From NCBI GenBank assembly GCA_964016885.1, contig OZ024744.1, forward strand, positions 109,492,001 to 109,556,000: 64,000 bases of DNA, given 5' to 3'. The position numbers and the translations under genes are program-made. This document shows positions 1-11,679 of this stretch, piece after piece (position 1 is the first letter of the stretch; every line of letters begins with the position of its first letter). A model generated the notes under the pieces. It was not told where the DNA came from. It ran no database searches and saw only the letters and a program-made list of their open reading frames with translations. This DNA comes from Eledone cirrhosa. Its lineage: Eukaryota.

Positions 1-210
1 GATGAAAATCTAAGTTTTCTCTTTCTCATGTTTGCAGACACTTTAAATATGATATTATACTACAATATAGATCCTTAAACATTTTCTTGTATTTTTAAAT
101 TATACAGCTTAGATATTTGGCACTTATAGGATCGCAAACCATTTACTTATTTATTTTGAAACTGGTTCTCATCCTTATGATTCATGAAGTTTGATTTGTA
201 TATTTATAGT

Positions 211-1349
211 ATACTAGCAGAGGTACCCGGCGTTGCTCGGGTATTAAATAGCAGTTATGTATACCATTTATGTCAATACTTCAGTGCTGCTTCGAAAACT
301 ATACTTTTATAAACTCATCGACTTTTTCCAAAAGGGGGTTCCTGCCCTCAGGGGTCCCCTACTCAATATGTGCCAATTCTGAGAGTTCACATTCATCTGT
401 AGAACAAACGTATCCCATGTGTCAAGTTTTGTGAAAATCGGTTGCGAACTCCAGAAGTTATGACGTTTTTTTTGCATTGCACTGCAATGCTTCAGTCGAC
501 TCCAAGGAAGTGGTTAAAGGGCGTTATCCGCCGGGAGGCCCTATAATCAATATCTGGAAAAATGAAAGTGTCCATGACCATCCGGAGTACATGAGTAACC
601 TATGTCTTAAGTTTGGTGAAAATACTGTAGAAATGCATAAGGTTTACACACACGCGCGCGCGCGCACGTGTGTGTGTGTGTGTATGTATTTGTGTGTGCG
701 TATGTATAAGTATGTGTATGTTCGTCGGTGCATACGTATGTACTGGCCTAAATCTTCACTATTTATTTTTACTATGTTAAGGCAAAGTTAAAATCCCGTC
801 GAGGTTAACTTTGCCTTTCATCCTTACGGGGTCGATAAAATAAAGTACCAGTAATGTACTGTTTAATTGCTGGCCTTGTGCCAAAAGTAGAAACAACTAT
901 TTTAATAACCTGTCATTTTCGTTTACAATTTTATTTACATCATTCTTAAACTCCGGGGCTGGAAATCATTCGGTTATTTTAAATAGAATATTAGTCTAAC
1001 GACTCCATTTACACCATAAACTTGGTCTTCTCTTTGCATGAAATTGTTCTTCTCGGTCCACCGCGTCGTTTATACGTAACATAAATAGATAAGCAAATGA
1101 CGCCATAAAAGGGAAATAACTCGTCTCTCATCTCTATTTATACATTTGAACTGAAAAATCAATACATTACAAATTCGATTTTTACACTTGGCGTGGGTCG
1201 ATTTGAAAATTTATTTGACCGATGGTTCCGCCGGACCTTCATCTATAAGTGTAGCAATTTCACCGAAATTTGAACGTACGGTTTAAGAGGAGATGTGTGC
1301 CGAAGGTTTTAGTAGACAGACAGACAACCTCAGTTTTATATATATAGAT
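211..1349 (+). mobile_element. Non-autonomous Helentron/HINE (DINE-1-like) rolling-circle element
   Basis: It starts ATACTAGCAG-AGG-TACCCGGCGTTGCTCGGGTA (subterminal hairpin) and ends GACAGACAGAC...TTTTATATATATAGAT. The element at 24131-24987 has the same termini and carries a Helitron RepHel fragment. Confidence 0.6.
791..902 (+). mobile_element. 5'-truncated SINE (family A)
   Basis: It matches the body and tail of the full copies: aaatcccg.cgaggttaactttgcctttcatccttacggggtcgataaaataaagtaccag...gtagaaac. Confidence 0.85.
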
Positions 1350-2056
1350 ATGTATTACATGATCCTAATATAATAATTGCTCTAAAACCTTAATTTTAAC
1401 AATATTAACAGTAACTTATTTATTATATTATGTTATGTTATGTATAACTGACTAATATCGTCTTGAACTTTAGACAATATACTCTTTGTATAAATTTAGA
1501 CAAATCCGTATATCTAGTTTAAAATATATCCTTTTTAAGTATAATTATAAGGCCTTTAGATACTTTAGGGCATTCTAATTGTTAATTTTAAATTTTTAAA
1601 GTTATAATTGTAATTACTTTATTGATTATTATTTTAATATAAATTTTTTTTTTATATAATTTAATATGGATTACCTTCGAGTGGATGAAAATATTAAGTC
1701 TCTTCTTTCTCATGTTTTCAAATACTTTAAATATGATTTTATAAATTAAATATGATAGTATACTTTAATATAAATACTTATAAACTTTTATAGCCTGAAA
1801 TATTATACCTTTAGATTAATTCATTATTCTGAACTAACATAAATGATTCGAAATTTAATGGTCATCCGGATACCTTTGGATATATATAATGTATATAGTT
1901 AATTGTTAGTATATTTCTAATTAACTAAGGACTAGAAATTAAACCCTTATAATTACACCCAGATATATTTAATATATAGATTGATTGATTATTTCTAGAT
2001 AATTCAAAGATTCGAGTTCACTCTTTCACAAAGCTATGCCCAAATGTATATTTATG

Positions 2057-2124
<68 letters not shown>

Positions 2125-2507
2125 CATCATCCCAATCACACGCTATTTATCCACGACAATACAAATCTCCCTCCCTATGCTTTATACTATAAAAATTATT
2201 CCTCCTTGTCTCTCTATCCTTGATCAGTTCTCTTTTGCTTTCTATACTTCTAGTAACTATCTTTTTCCTCATCTGTTTTTCTCTGTCTTTCTTCTTTCTT
2301 CAATAATTTAAATTATTTGAATCTCTAACAGTTATGTAAATTGCTATTATGTATTTTTAAGCTTTCCCACACGCACCCTCTGTATTATATGTAATTTTTT
2401 CATGTCTCAATCTTAAGGTATATAAATATTGAGTTTTGTCATATCTTATTCACTACCATGACTGAATCTTAACCATCTACTAAGTCAGGGTATGTCATGC
2501 ATCATCT

Positions 2508-2574
2508 TATTTTATCTGATGAGGACGTACTGTTGAAGATAGCCCAGTACCTCTGAAATATGTATAATAAAATA
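2508..2574 (+). ncRNA. Type I hammerhead ribozyme motif (family H1, ORF-less unit)
   Basis: tattttat-CTGATGA-gg..gtactg/cagtac..ct-GAAA-tatgta-TA-ataaaata: 8-bp stem I, long stem II, near-palindromic stem III, predicted cleavage after UA. Confidence 0.75.
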
Positions 2575-2891
2575 TACTTGATCACACGAATGTCTATTTT
2601 TGTTAATATTTTGAATTAATATTAATAACTGCGGAAAACCATTACTGTGGAGTGCTTCCAATCTATTGCAAAACTCATTATTTGATTTATTCATTGAACC
2701 TTGTTTAACCTTTAAATATATATATAATAATAACACGTGGAGAAGAAGCACACGAGTCAGTCCACCATTTGCCTCCATCATGGAATCATGGATCAACTAA
2801 GCACTCTTGCTATATTAACACATTTTGATCTGCTTAACTTCAAGAACTATGCCTGTAAATAACATTATTTTTTCTTCCACATTGACTTTTT

Positions 2892-3030
2892 ATGCTCTAC
2901 ATTATGACCGGTTTTTTTCTTTTTTCTTTTTTCTTTTTTCTTTTTTCTTTTTTCTTTTTTCTTTTTTCTTTTTTCTTTTTTTCTTTTTTCTTTTTTCTTT
3001 TTTCTTTTTTCTTTTTTCTTTTTTCTTTTC
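2892..3030 (+). repeat. Polypyrimidine (T5-7C)n simple repeat
   Basis: Directly visible ttttttc iterations. Confidence 0.9.
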
Positions 3031-3340
3031 ACTTCATAAACCTTGTTTGTAAATAACATTATTCCTTCTGCACCTTCTCTTTAACATGTGCGACACCACA
3101 CTAATACATTTCACTATCATTTGATAATGCATAAAAATGCTGAAACGGGTAATTATTAAATGTATAAATAGATAAATAAATGCCATTGTTAAATAATAAA
3201 TAAATCAAATAATACCTTAACACTTCACACAAAGTAAAACATTTCGTTTTAATCATTTTCTAACCCAGAAAAAAAAGAGAGAAAAACAAAAAGGAAAAAA
3301 AAAAATTGTTTCTTCCTAATAATCGTCTCTTTCTCCCTGT

Positions 3341-3382
<42 letters not shown>

Positions 3383-3401
3383 ATATATATGTATGTATAT
3401 A

Positions 3402-3470
<69 letters not shown>

Positions 3471-3476
<6 letters not shown>

Positions 3477-4020
3477 ATACTTGGGGAGGGTCATATTTGT
3501 GTAATAATATTGCCAGAATTAATAACAGAACACACTCACTGTTTGGTTGGTTTTCGCTTCTGTGTCTTTTATATCGGTTAATTTAATTTATTTGGTCCTC
3601 AATGTTACCATTGACTGACCAACGGTCAAAAATACAGATACAATATAGACACAAACACATATATATAGTCTAACAAAGTTCTTTCGTTGCACATCTGCAA
3701 CATCGTCAGTGTTGCTATTATGTTTCCTCCCGTTGCATTGTATGCCTACGCCATCTTTATTTAGTCTGTTTATTTATTTATTTATTTGTTTATTTTTTGT
3801 CTTCTCTGTGCATGCGTTTGCGTGTGTGTATAGTGTTTTGTTTGAGGTGTGTTCGTGTTTGGGTGACTGTGTATTGGTTATTGTATTCTATCTTAGTTTA
3901 CTAGTGTGTGTTTATATGTGTTTGTTGTTATTGTGCTTGTGTATGTATTTATTTATTTATTTATTTATACTTGTCTTAGGTCAGTGTTGTTTGAAATATA
4001 TATCAGAGTTTTTCGAATAT
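3471..4020 (-). mobile_element. PLE 3' UTR/pLTR relic related to the 30150-31422 family
   Basis: The terminus atgacccTCCccaagtataacaat is shared with 10299-10321 and 31399-31422. It contains a hammerhead at 3672-3713. Confidence 0.6.
3672..3713 (-). ncRNA. Minimal type I hammerhead motif (family H2)
   Basis: The reverse complement reads aaca-CTGACGA-t-gttgca-gatg-tgcaac-GAAA-gaac-TT-tgtt. Its stems covary with the copies at 10125 and 31226. Confidence 0.7.
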
Positions 4021-4023
4021 TAA

Positions 4024-4136
4024 TAATTGTTTCTACTTTTGGCACAAGGCCAGCAATTATCACAGTGTATTACTGGTACTTCATTTTATCGATCCAGTAA
4101 AGATGAAAGGCAAAGTTAACCTCTGCGGGATTTGAA
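4024..4136 (-). mobile_element. 5'-truncated SINE (family A)
   Basis: Reverse complement of the SINE body and tail. Confidence 0.85.
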
Positions 4137-4353
4137 ATATTAATAATAATATTCGATTCGTTTGCTATTATGCAAACAGCCTGTTTAAGCCATGTCATTA
4201 GAATGACCCCCACCATTCTTGCTCTTGTGTTGGCATATAAACAGAACTGCAGACACTAATATTTCTGGGTATCACCCTTCATCAGTACCGTATACTGTTC
4301 TCCTGCCAAACTGTCAGAGCTACTGAAAATATATGATATTTTTTGGTATATAC

Positions 4354-4470
4354 AGAGACTGATCGGCCTGATCTCTATATTAGCAGACTGGCTGATCAGT
4401 CAGATCTGCATATTAGCAGACCCACTGATCAGCCAGATGTGGATATCAGCAGATAGGCCAGTCAGTTTCA
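4354..4470 (+). repeat. Degenerate ~33-bp minisatellite, about 3.5 copies
   Basis: gactggctgatcagtcagatctgcatattagca-like units repeat in tandem. Confidence 0.6.
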
Positions 4471-4826
4471 TGTGCACGAGTTGATATATATTAGGAAAAT
4501 AAGAAACAAAATTATAAAATTCTAATAGGATTTTCTCTTAGACTAACAGCAAAACATTTAAAAATCTAATTTATTGTACCGGTTTCAGCCGATAATTATT
4601 TCGACTTCTTTATACTACAGAAAATATGATAAAAAGTACATAATAAATTAAGGGCTATATTAATTAGAAGAGGGTTTTAGAGAACATAGTTAAGATAAAT
4701 ATAAAAGTTCACATTTTTGTTTATCTCTTTCTCTCTCTTCTCTCCTTGGTGGTTTGGTGGTAGTAGCAGCTAAAATAGAAGTTGGCTTGTTCCCTAGTAC
4801 TGTCTGACTGGCTGTTGACTACAATT

Positions 4827-4924
4827 GCAGCAGCAGCAGCAGCAACAGCAGTAGCAGCAGCAGCAGCAGAAGAAGAAGAAGAAGAAGAAGAAGAAGAAGA
4901 AGAAGAAGAAGAAGAAGAAGAAGA
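4827..4924 (+). repeat. Compound (CAG)n(GAA)n microsatellite
   Basis: Directly visible. Confidence 0.95.
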
Positions 4925-5892
4925 TCTAGTAAGTTCTTTGTTAACTTTGGTGAGAGGCACCTTCCCCCCATCTCTGTCGTTCACCACCTCCACTGATACT
5001 CCCCCACTCTCCATATTCGTGTCCGCATGCGCGCATGCACATACATGTGTGTACATATTCATATGGCTGTGTGTGAGCGTGTGTCGATATGTGTGGGCAA
5101 GGATGTGCGTATGTGTCTTGTGGTGGGTGTGTTTATACAACAATATATGTGCACATATATACATATATGTGTGTGCGTATACGTATATACAAGGTATCTG
5201 TCAGAAGAAGAGCGTCTAGCTATGTATCTATGTAAGGACCTGACGCCACCAATACATCCACCACACCACCACAAACGCCGCTACCATAGACAAAGGCATC
5301 AATACCACACACCCATACACACGCCAACCCGTCTACTGACAATCCACTAACCTCATACCACAGCCCATCCCACTAAGCAACCTTAACCACCACCATATCA
5401 TCACATCCACCCCCCACATACTCTACACGCCAAGGCCAACCCACCACCACCACACCACAGCCCACCTCATCCACAGACCGTCACCAACATCTCACCATCA
5501 CACTTACCGCCATATACACTACAGGCCAGTACATCGCCTTGATCCTTCTCACCAATCAAAACAACTCATTTTGTCAAACTCTTGAAACTCTGACTTTACC
5601 ACATAGCATGTATTTCATTTTCTTATAGCATATTAAGAGTGTCCGTCGAGCTGCGGATTATTGAGTCGGGTAGGATCGATATAGATCGAACCTTGAGCTG
5701 ATCAGTGGCGAAACGCGCGTCACCTATCAATAAATGCAATGAAGGAATAATCAATCGTCCTTTTTATCCTTTCTATATATTACACTCTGTATAGCTCTAC
5801 ACCTCATCACAGAAGTGAACCTAAACATCGAGTGCTCTCCCGGGTGAACCTGCAGTAACTCCTAGTTACACCCCTTGGATATATATATATAT

Positions 5893-6645
5893 ATGTGTTG
5901 GTAATTTAACGATGGTTATAGCTCTGATTTATCCAAATTATTGAGCCCTCTGCCACACATATCGGATATTGTTTATCGTTAATTCGTGAGCTATTTTTCC
6001 GATTCTCGATTATTCTACTATATTTAGCTCTAGACCTTAGCTATTGACCAGTTAATTTTATTGATTATTTTTTTGTCGATCTTATTGACTGATGAATAGC
6101 TCCTGTTTATTTTAACACGTCTGTTGAGCACTCTGATTCGATATGTGATATTTTGTATTCTTACATAATTTGCACATCACCGAAATCTTTCGCTAATGTA
6201 GAGGTTATCTCCCTTGCTGGGTACCATGTGCGTTTCTGGCTAAGGGTCCCCTCTTTATTATCGGACGGAATCCCGTTGAGAAAGCTCTTCCGCGTCCAGT
6301 CCTTCTCTAGAAGTCTTATATATTTTTTATGTGGGGTGATAGTGAATGGATTAAGGAATTGCAGAAACCCAAGAAGCTAGATATAACACCCTTCTAGCGG
6401 GTCCGGGTGAGTTTTTTACATTCATTTAATTTATTGATTTATTGATATTTTATTTGAGTGACCCGAATCTTCCTGATCGTTCTTTTTCGGCTGTACGGGT
6501 GATTTTAGGCATAATATCTATGTGTTGGTAATTTAACGATGGTTATAGCTCTGATTTATCCAAATTATTGAGCCCTCTGCCACACATATCGGATATTGTT
6601 TATCGTTAATTCGTGAGCTGTTTTTCCGATTCTCGATTATTCTAC

Positions 6646-6647
<2 letters not shown>
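5893..6647. repeat. Unclassified element bounded by ~130-bp direct repeats (5893-6022 and 6520-6647); a related copy lies at ~29085-29295
   Basis: gtgttggtaatttaacgatggttatagctctgatttatcc...gattattctactatat occurs twice almost identically, and a diverged third copy occurs at 29168. Confidence 0.7.
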
Positions 6648-6677
<30 letters not shown>

Positions 6678-6793
6678 ACAGCCTTATAAAGTAATTGTTT
6701 CTATATTAACAAATTACTAAATTCACTCAGAGAAGTATCAAAATATTAAACTTAAGCCCAAATTGCACTTATTTTTGGTAGGTGGGGGCATAC

Positions 6794-7270
<477 letters not shown>

Positions 7271-7639
7271 GTGTGTGTAGTAATAAAACTATTTAACGAC
7301 ATTTTACCATTAGACTTCGTGAATTAATTCTTAATAGAAACCGCACAGAAAAGAACGTGAAATATTCCTTAATAGAGAATCTAAAGAAAGGAATGTATTA
7401 TATAACATCTTTCTTAAACTTTTATTAACATGGCAAGAAATACAGTGGAATTAATATTTACTTCACACATATTTTAAAACTATATATATATCTCACATAC
7501 GTTACAACTAGAATTAAAAGCATTCCAAGTATCGTACATTTGCTTTACACCCAGCATACACATTTCTACATGAACTCTAATAAAAAAATTCTTGAATGAC
7601 ACTAACCTATCTTATTTACTTATATTATTTGCATAGCAG

Positions 7640-8396
7640 GGCGGTGGATTGGCAGTATCGGTAGAGGGTCGGACGCCATGCTTTCCAGCATAGTTACGTC
7701 CCTTTACGATCTGAGTTCAAATCCCGCCGAGGTTAACTTTGCCTTTCATCCTTACGGGGTCGATAAAATAAAGTACCAGTAATGTACTGGGTAATTGCTG
7801 GCCTTATACCTAAAGTAGAAACAATTATTTGCAGAGCAGTATCGGTAGAGGGTCGGACGCCATGCTTTGACGCAAAGAGTTACGGCCCTTGCCATTCTGA
7901 GTTCAAATCCCGCCGAGGTTAACTTTGCCTTTCATCCTTACGCGGTCGATAAAATAAAGTACCAGTAATGCACTGGGTAATTGCTGGACTTGTGCCTAAA
8001 GTAGAAACAATTATTTGCATACCAGTATCGGTAGAGGGTCGGACGCCATGCTTTGACGCAAAGAGTTACGGCCCTTGCCATTCTGAGTTCAAATCCCGCA
8101 GAGTTTAACTTTGCATTTCATCCTTACGGGGATCGATAAAATAAAAGTACCAGTAATGCACTGGGTAATTGCTGGACTTGTGCCTAAAGTAGAAACAATT
8201 ATTTGCATACCAGTATCGGTAGAGGGTCGGACGCCATGCTTTGACGCAAAGAGTTACGGCCCTTGCCATTCTGAGTTCAAATCCCGCAGAGTTTAACTTT
8301 GCATTTCATCCTTACGGGGATCGATAAAATAAAAGTACCAGTAATGCACTGGGTAATTGCTGGCCTTGTGCCAAAAAGTAGAAACAATTATTTGCA
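7640..8396 (+). mobile_element. Head-to-tail array of four tRNA-derived SINEs (family A)
   Basis: A-box-like tggcagtatcggt, B-box gagttcaaatcc, conserved body gcctttcatccttacggggtcgataaaataaagtacc and tail gtagaaacaattatt repeat with a period of ~185-190 bp. Confidence 0.9.
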
Positions 8397-9087
8397 TTTT
8401 GCATTACACAACATTTATTAATCTCATCATTACGTATTTCTTTACCTTAATGCATGCCATTTTAAACACTTTTAACATACTCTAACATTCTGTATGAAAT
8501 ATCCATGATTTATTCATTTTCTAACTCTTACGTCATGCATGCCTTTATTAATTTTTTACATCATTACATTTTTCAATGCTATGATATCTTTTATCTATCT
8601 TCTGTAATCTTTTTGCTTGGTATCTTTTGCATCTGCATTACCCTAATGAGTATCTTTAAATATAATATGCTCAATATTTTCACTCTTCGCCATTGATCCT
8701 AATACTTTGATATCTGTATAACATAATATCATTTTGTCATACTTGCTTTTCAATATGATGTCACTGGCACTGTCAATAGTAATGTATCTTTATGAATGTT
8801 CTGAAGACTAGGATTATAATTACTTGTTCAAACATTGTGTATACTCCGATGATACCAGGCAGTTGTCTGGAAGAAACAATTGTCAGCAATTAAATGTATT
8901 AAGTTAAAATTTGATTGTTTTATATTTTGTATATATATATATATATATATACATATTGTTATATCTGGGGAGGGCCATGTTATAATATTGCCAGAAATAT
9001 ATAGTAAAACATACTCACTGTCTGGTTTGGTTTTTCGCTGTAATTAATTCAGCTGACAATCCTTGTTTACCATTAATTGACCAACGG

Positions 9088-9187
<100 letters not shown>

Positions 9188-9330
9188 AGAGAGATAAACA
9201 CAGATATATACATATGTGTTCAAATCGCAAGGGACCAGATTCGCTAGGGTGTTAGTATCCTATTCACCCTAGCGAATCTGGTCCCTTACGATTTGAACAC
9301 ATATGTATATATCTATGTTTATCTCTCTTT
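9188..9330. repeat. Near-perfect inverted repeat (~63-bp arms, 13-nt loop)
   Basis: ...catatgtgttcaaatcgcaagggaccagattcgctagggtg / caccctagcgaatctggtcccttacgatttgaacacatatg... Confidence 0.9.
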
Positions 9331-9366
9331 ATTATATTGAATTATATTAATAATTATATATATAAT

Positions 9367-9556
9367 GGCGGTGGATTGGCAGTATCGGTAGAGGGTCGGA
9401 CGCCATGCTTTGATGCATAGAGTTACGTCCCTTTCCATTCTGAATTCAAATCCCGCCAAGGTTAACTTTGCCTTTCATCCTTACGGGATCGATAAAATAA
9501 AGTACCAGTAATGCACTGGGATAATTACTGGCCTTGTGCCAAAAGTAGAAATAATT
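9367..9556 (+). mobile_element. Full-length SINE (family A)
   Basis: Runs from ggcggtggattggcagtatcggt to gtagaaataatt, flanked by attatattga-like duplicates. Confidence 0.9.
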
Positions 9557-9671
9557 ATATTGAGTTATATTACACGGCCCGGAAAAATGTTTTTCCTTGA
9601 GCTATTTAATTGTAAGAGACTATTTTCAGTTTCTAAATCAATATATACTTTTGATAGATATATATATATCA

Positions 9672-10321
9672 AGAGACAGCTCGTAGTATAGGAGAACAAT
9701 TAAATGAACACTGGCGAGAATTTCAAGATAGAAAAGAATCATCAGTACTCCACCAACATGCTAAAATAGAACATAAGGCCAAATTAGAGAACATAGAAAT
9801 AAAAATAGAATCTTCACACAGAAAAGACGCAATGTTTAGACAAATCACAGAGGCAATAAACATAAATGAACTCCAACCAAAATTAAATAGAAAACATGAA
9901 TGGAATAGCAACATCACAACTTACAATTAAGGACAAAATGAAAACACACACATAGAACAAACAACCAACCAGTAACATGTAAATAAACAAATAAATAAAC
10001 AAATATAAACACACAGAGACACCCGGATGTAACACATGCGCAAACTAAGAACACAACACACACAAAAACAAGATGACGAAGGACAGAACAAAGGAGAGGC
10101 ACAAAACAAAGAAAAGAATCCCCAGTCACTGAAGAGGTCACAGAATGTATGACGAAAGAACTTTGACAATATATGAACAATCGTCTAATTGTGGAACCAA
10201 CCAACCAACCGGAAATTTATAAATTCCTAAATTTATAAATTTAATTTATAATAAATTGAACTGAAAGCAACTGGTGCGTGTGTTTCTTATTGGCAACATG
10301 ACCCTCCCAAAGTATAACAAT
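9672..10321 (+). mobile_element. 5'-truncated PLE (GIY-YIG C-terminus plus pLTR), sister copy of 30770-31422
   Basis: It encodes ETARSIGEQLNEH...DAMFRQITEAININELQPKLNRKHEW and is near-identical to the 3' part of the 30 kb copy. Confidence 0.9.
10125..10167 (+). ncRNA. Minimal type I hammerhead motif (family H2)
   Basis: gtca-CTGAAGA-g-gtcac..tgac-GAAA-gaac-TT-tgac. Confidence 0.65.
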
Positions 10322-10335
10322 ATATATATATATAT

Positions 10336-10640
10336 AATATTATTAAAAATATTAACAAATGAAAGATATTCTCATAACCAAAATATATGCTTTATTATAT
10401 ATATTTCAAAGGTACTGTGTTGTTTTTTTCAGTACGTCTTCATCAGAAAAAATACCGCTACGCGCTTGATTATACAATTCCAGTATTGGCAGTATACTTT
10501 ATTCCAGTATTGGCAGTATATGTTATCTGATGAAGACGTACTGAAAAAAAACCAACCCAGTACCTTTGAAATATATATAACAAAGCATATATTTTGATTA
10601 TGAGAATATTTTTCATTTGTTAATATTTTGAATAATATTA
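10336..10640. repeat. Inverted pair of H1 hammerhead units (minus core ~10387-10447, plus core ~10518-10590)
   Basis: CTGATGAagacgtactg...cagtacctttGAAAtatataTA occurs on both strands, with ~110-bp imperfect arms. Confidence 0.8.
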
Positions 10641-10745
10641 AAAACTCTAGGAAAACTTGACTTGTTGAGTGCTTTTAATCTATTGTAAAATTGTATCAAT
10701 TGAGTATTCAACGAACCATATTAATCTTTGGTTTTATATATATAT

Positions 10746-10957
10746 ATATACAATATATTAACAAATGGAAACTATATTTATAAAACCATATTTATTTCAT
10801 TATACATATTTCAAGGGCCACCAAGGCAGATTATGGTGCGCTTTCATCAGATCTGATGAAAGCGCACCATAATCTGCCTTGGTGGCCCTTGAAATATGTA
10901 TAATGAAATAAATATGGTTTTATAAATATAGTTTCCATTTGTTAATATATTGTATAT
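10746..10957. repeat. Perfect ~212-bp palindrome with a hammerhead core on each arm
   Basis: The centre is tttcatcag-AT-ctgatgaaa. Each arm reads CTGATGA-aagcgcacca..tggtggccctt-GAAA-tatgta-TA-atgaaata. Confidence 0.9.
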
Positions 10958-11041
10958 TTACTCCAATAATTTGTTGAGTGCTTTATATCAGTTATAAAAA
11001 TATTTTGCTTGTTGTATCCCAACAAATTAAATATAACCTCT

Positions 11042-11084
<43 letters not shown>

Positions 11085-11115
11085 CCGAAAGGTATAATCT
11101 GAATATATATCATAT

Positions 11116-11622
11116 AATTGTTTCTACTTTTGGCACAAGGCCAGCAATTATCCCAGTGTATTACTGGTACTTTATTGTATCGACCCCGTAAGAATGAAAG
11201 GCAAAGTTAACATCGGCGGGTTTTGAACTCAGTCCGTAAAGGGACGTAACTATGCTGCAAAGCATGGCGTCCGACACTCTACCGATACTGACAATATAAT
11301 GATGCCGCGTAAGATACCACATGGTGCTGCAGCATGACGCAACTCCAATACTATATGAAAACTTTCTATTCCGTGTATCAGGAGATACGACGGGTTCATA
11401 TTGACGCCAGAAATAGCAGCAAGAAAAACGTCTAAGTCAGCTCGCAGTATCGGTAGAGGGTCGAACGCCATGCTTTGCAGCATAGAGTTACGGTCCTTTG
11501 CAGCCTGAGATCCAGTCCCACCGAGGTTAACTTTGCCTTTCATCCTTACTGGGTTGATAAAATAAAGTACCAGTAATTCACTGAGATAATTGTTGGCCGT
11601 GTGCCACAAGTAGAAACAATTA
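11116..11622. mobile_element. Two divergently oriented SINEs (11116-11291 minus, 11446-11622 plus)
   Basis: Family A body and tail occur on opposite strands. Confidence 0.85.
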
Positions 11623-11679
11623 TTAATATCTAACTCTACAAAGTAAACTGTTTCTAATACAGTTTATCCCACATATATA

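Noticed and set aside
4250-4292. Minus-strand CTGATGA-agggt-gat-accca-GAAA
   Set aside because: The core and stem II are present but stem I does not pair convincingly. It is at best a decayed hammerhead and was not listed as a feature.
4721-5219. Poly-Ala/Glu or poly-Ser ORFs
   Set aside because: They are read-through of the (CAG)n(GAA)n microsatellite, with no domain or exon evidence.
8838-8890. CCGATGA-taccaggc/gtctggaa-GAAA-caattg-TC
   Set aside because: It is probably a decayed hammerhead (U4>C, weak stem I) and too degenerate to call.
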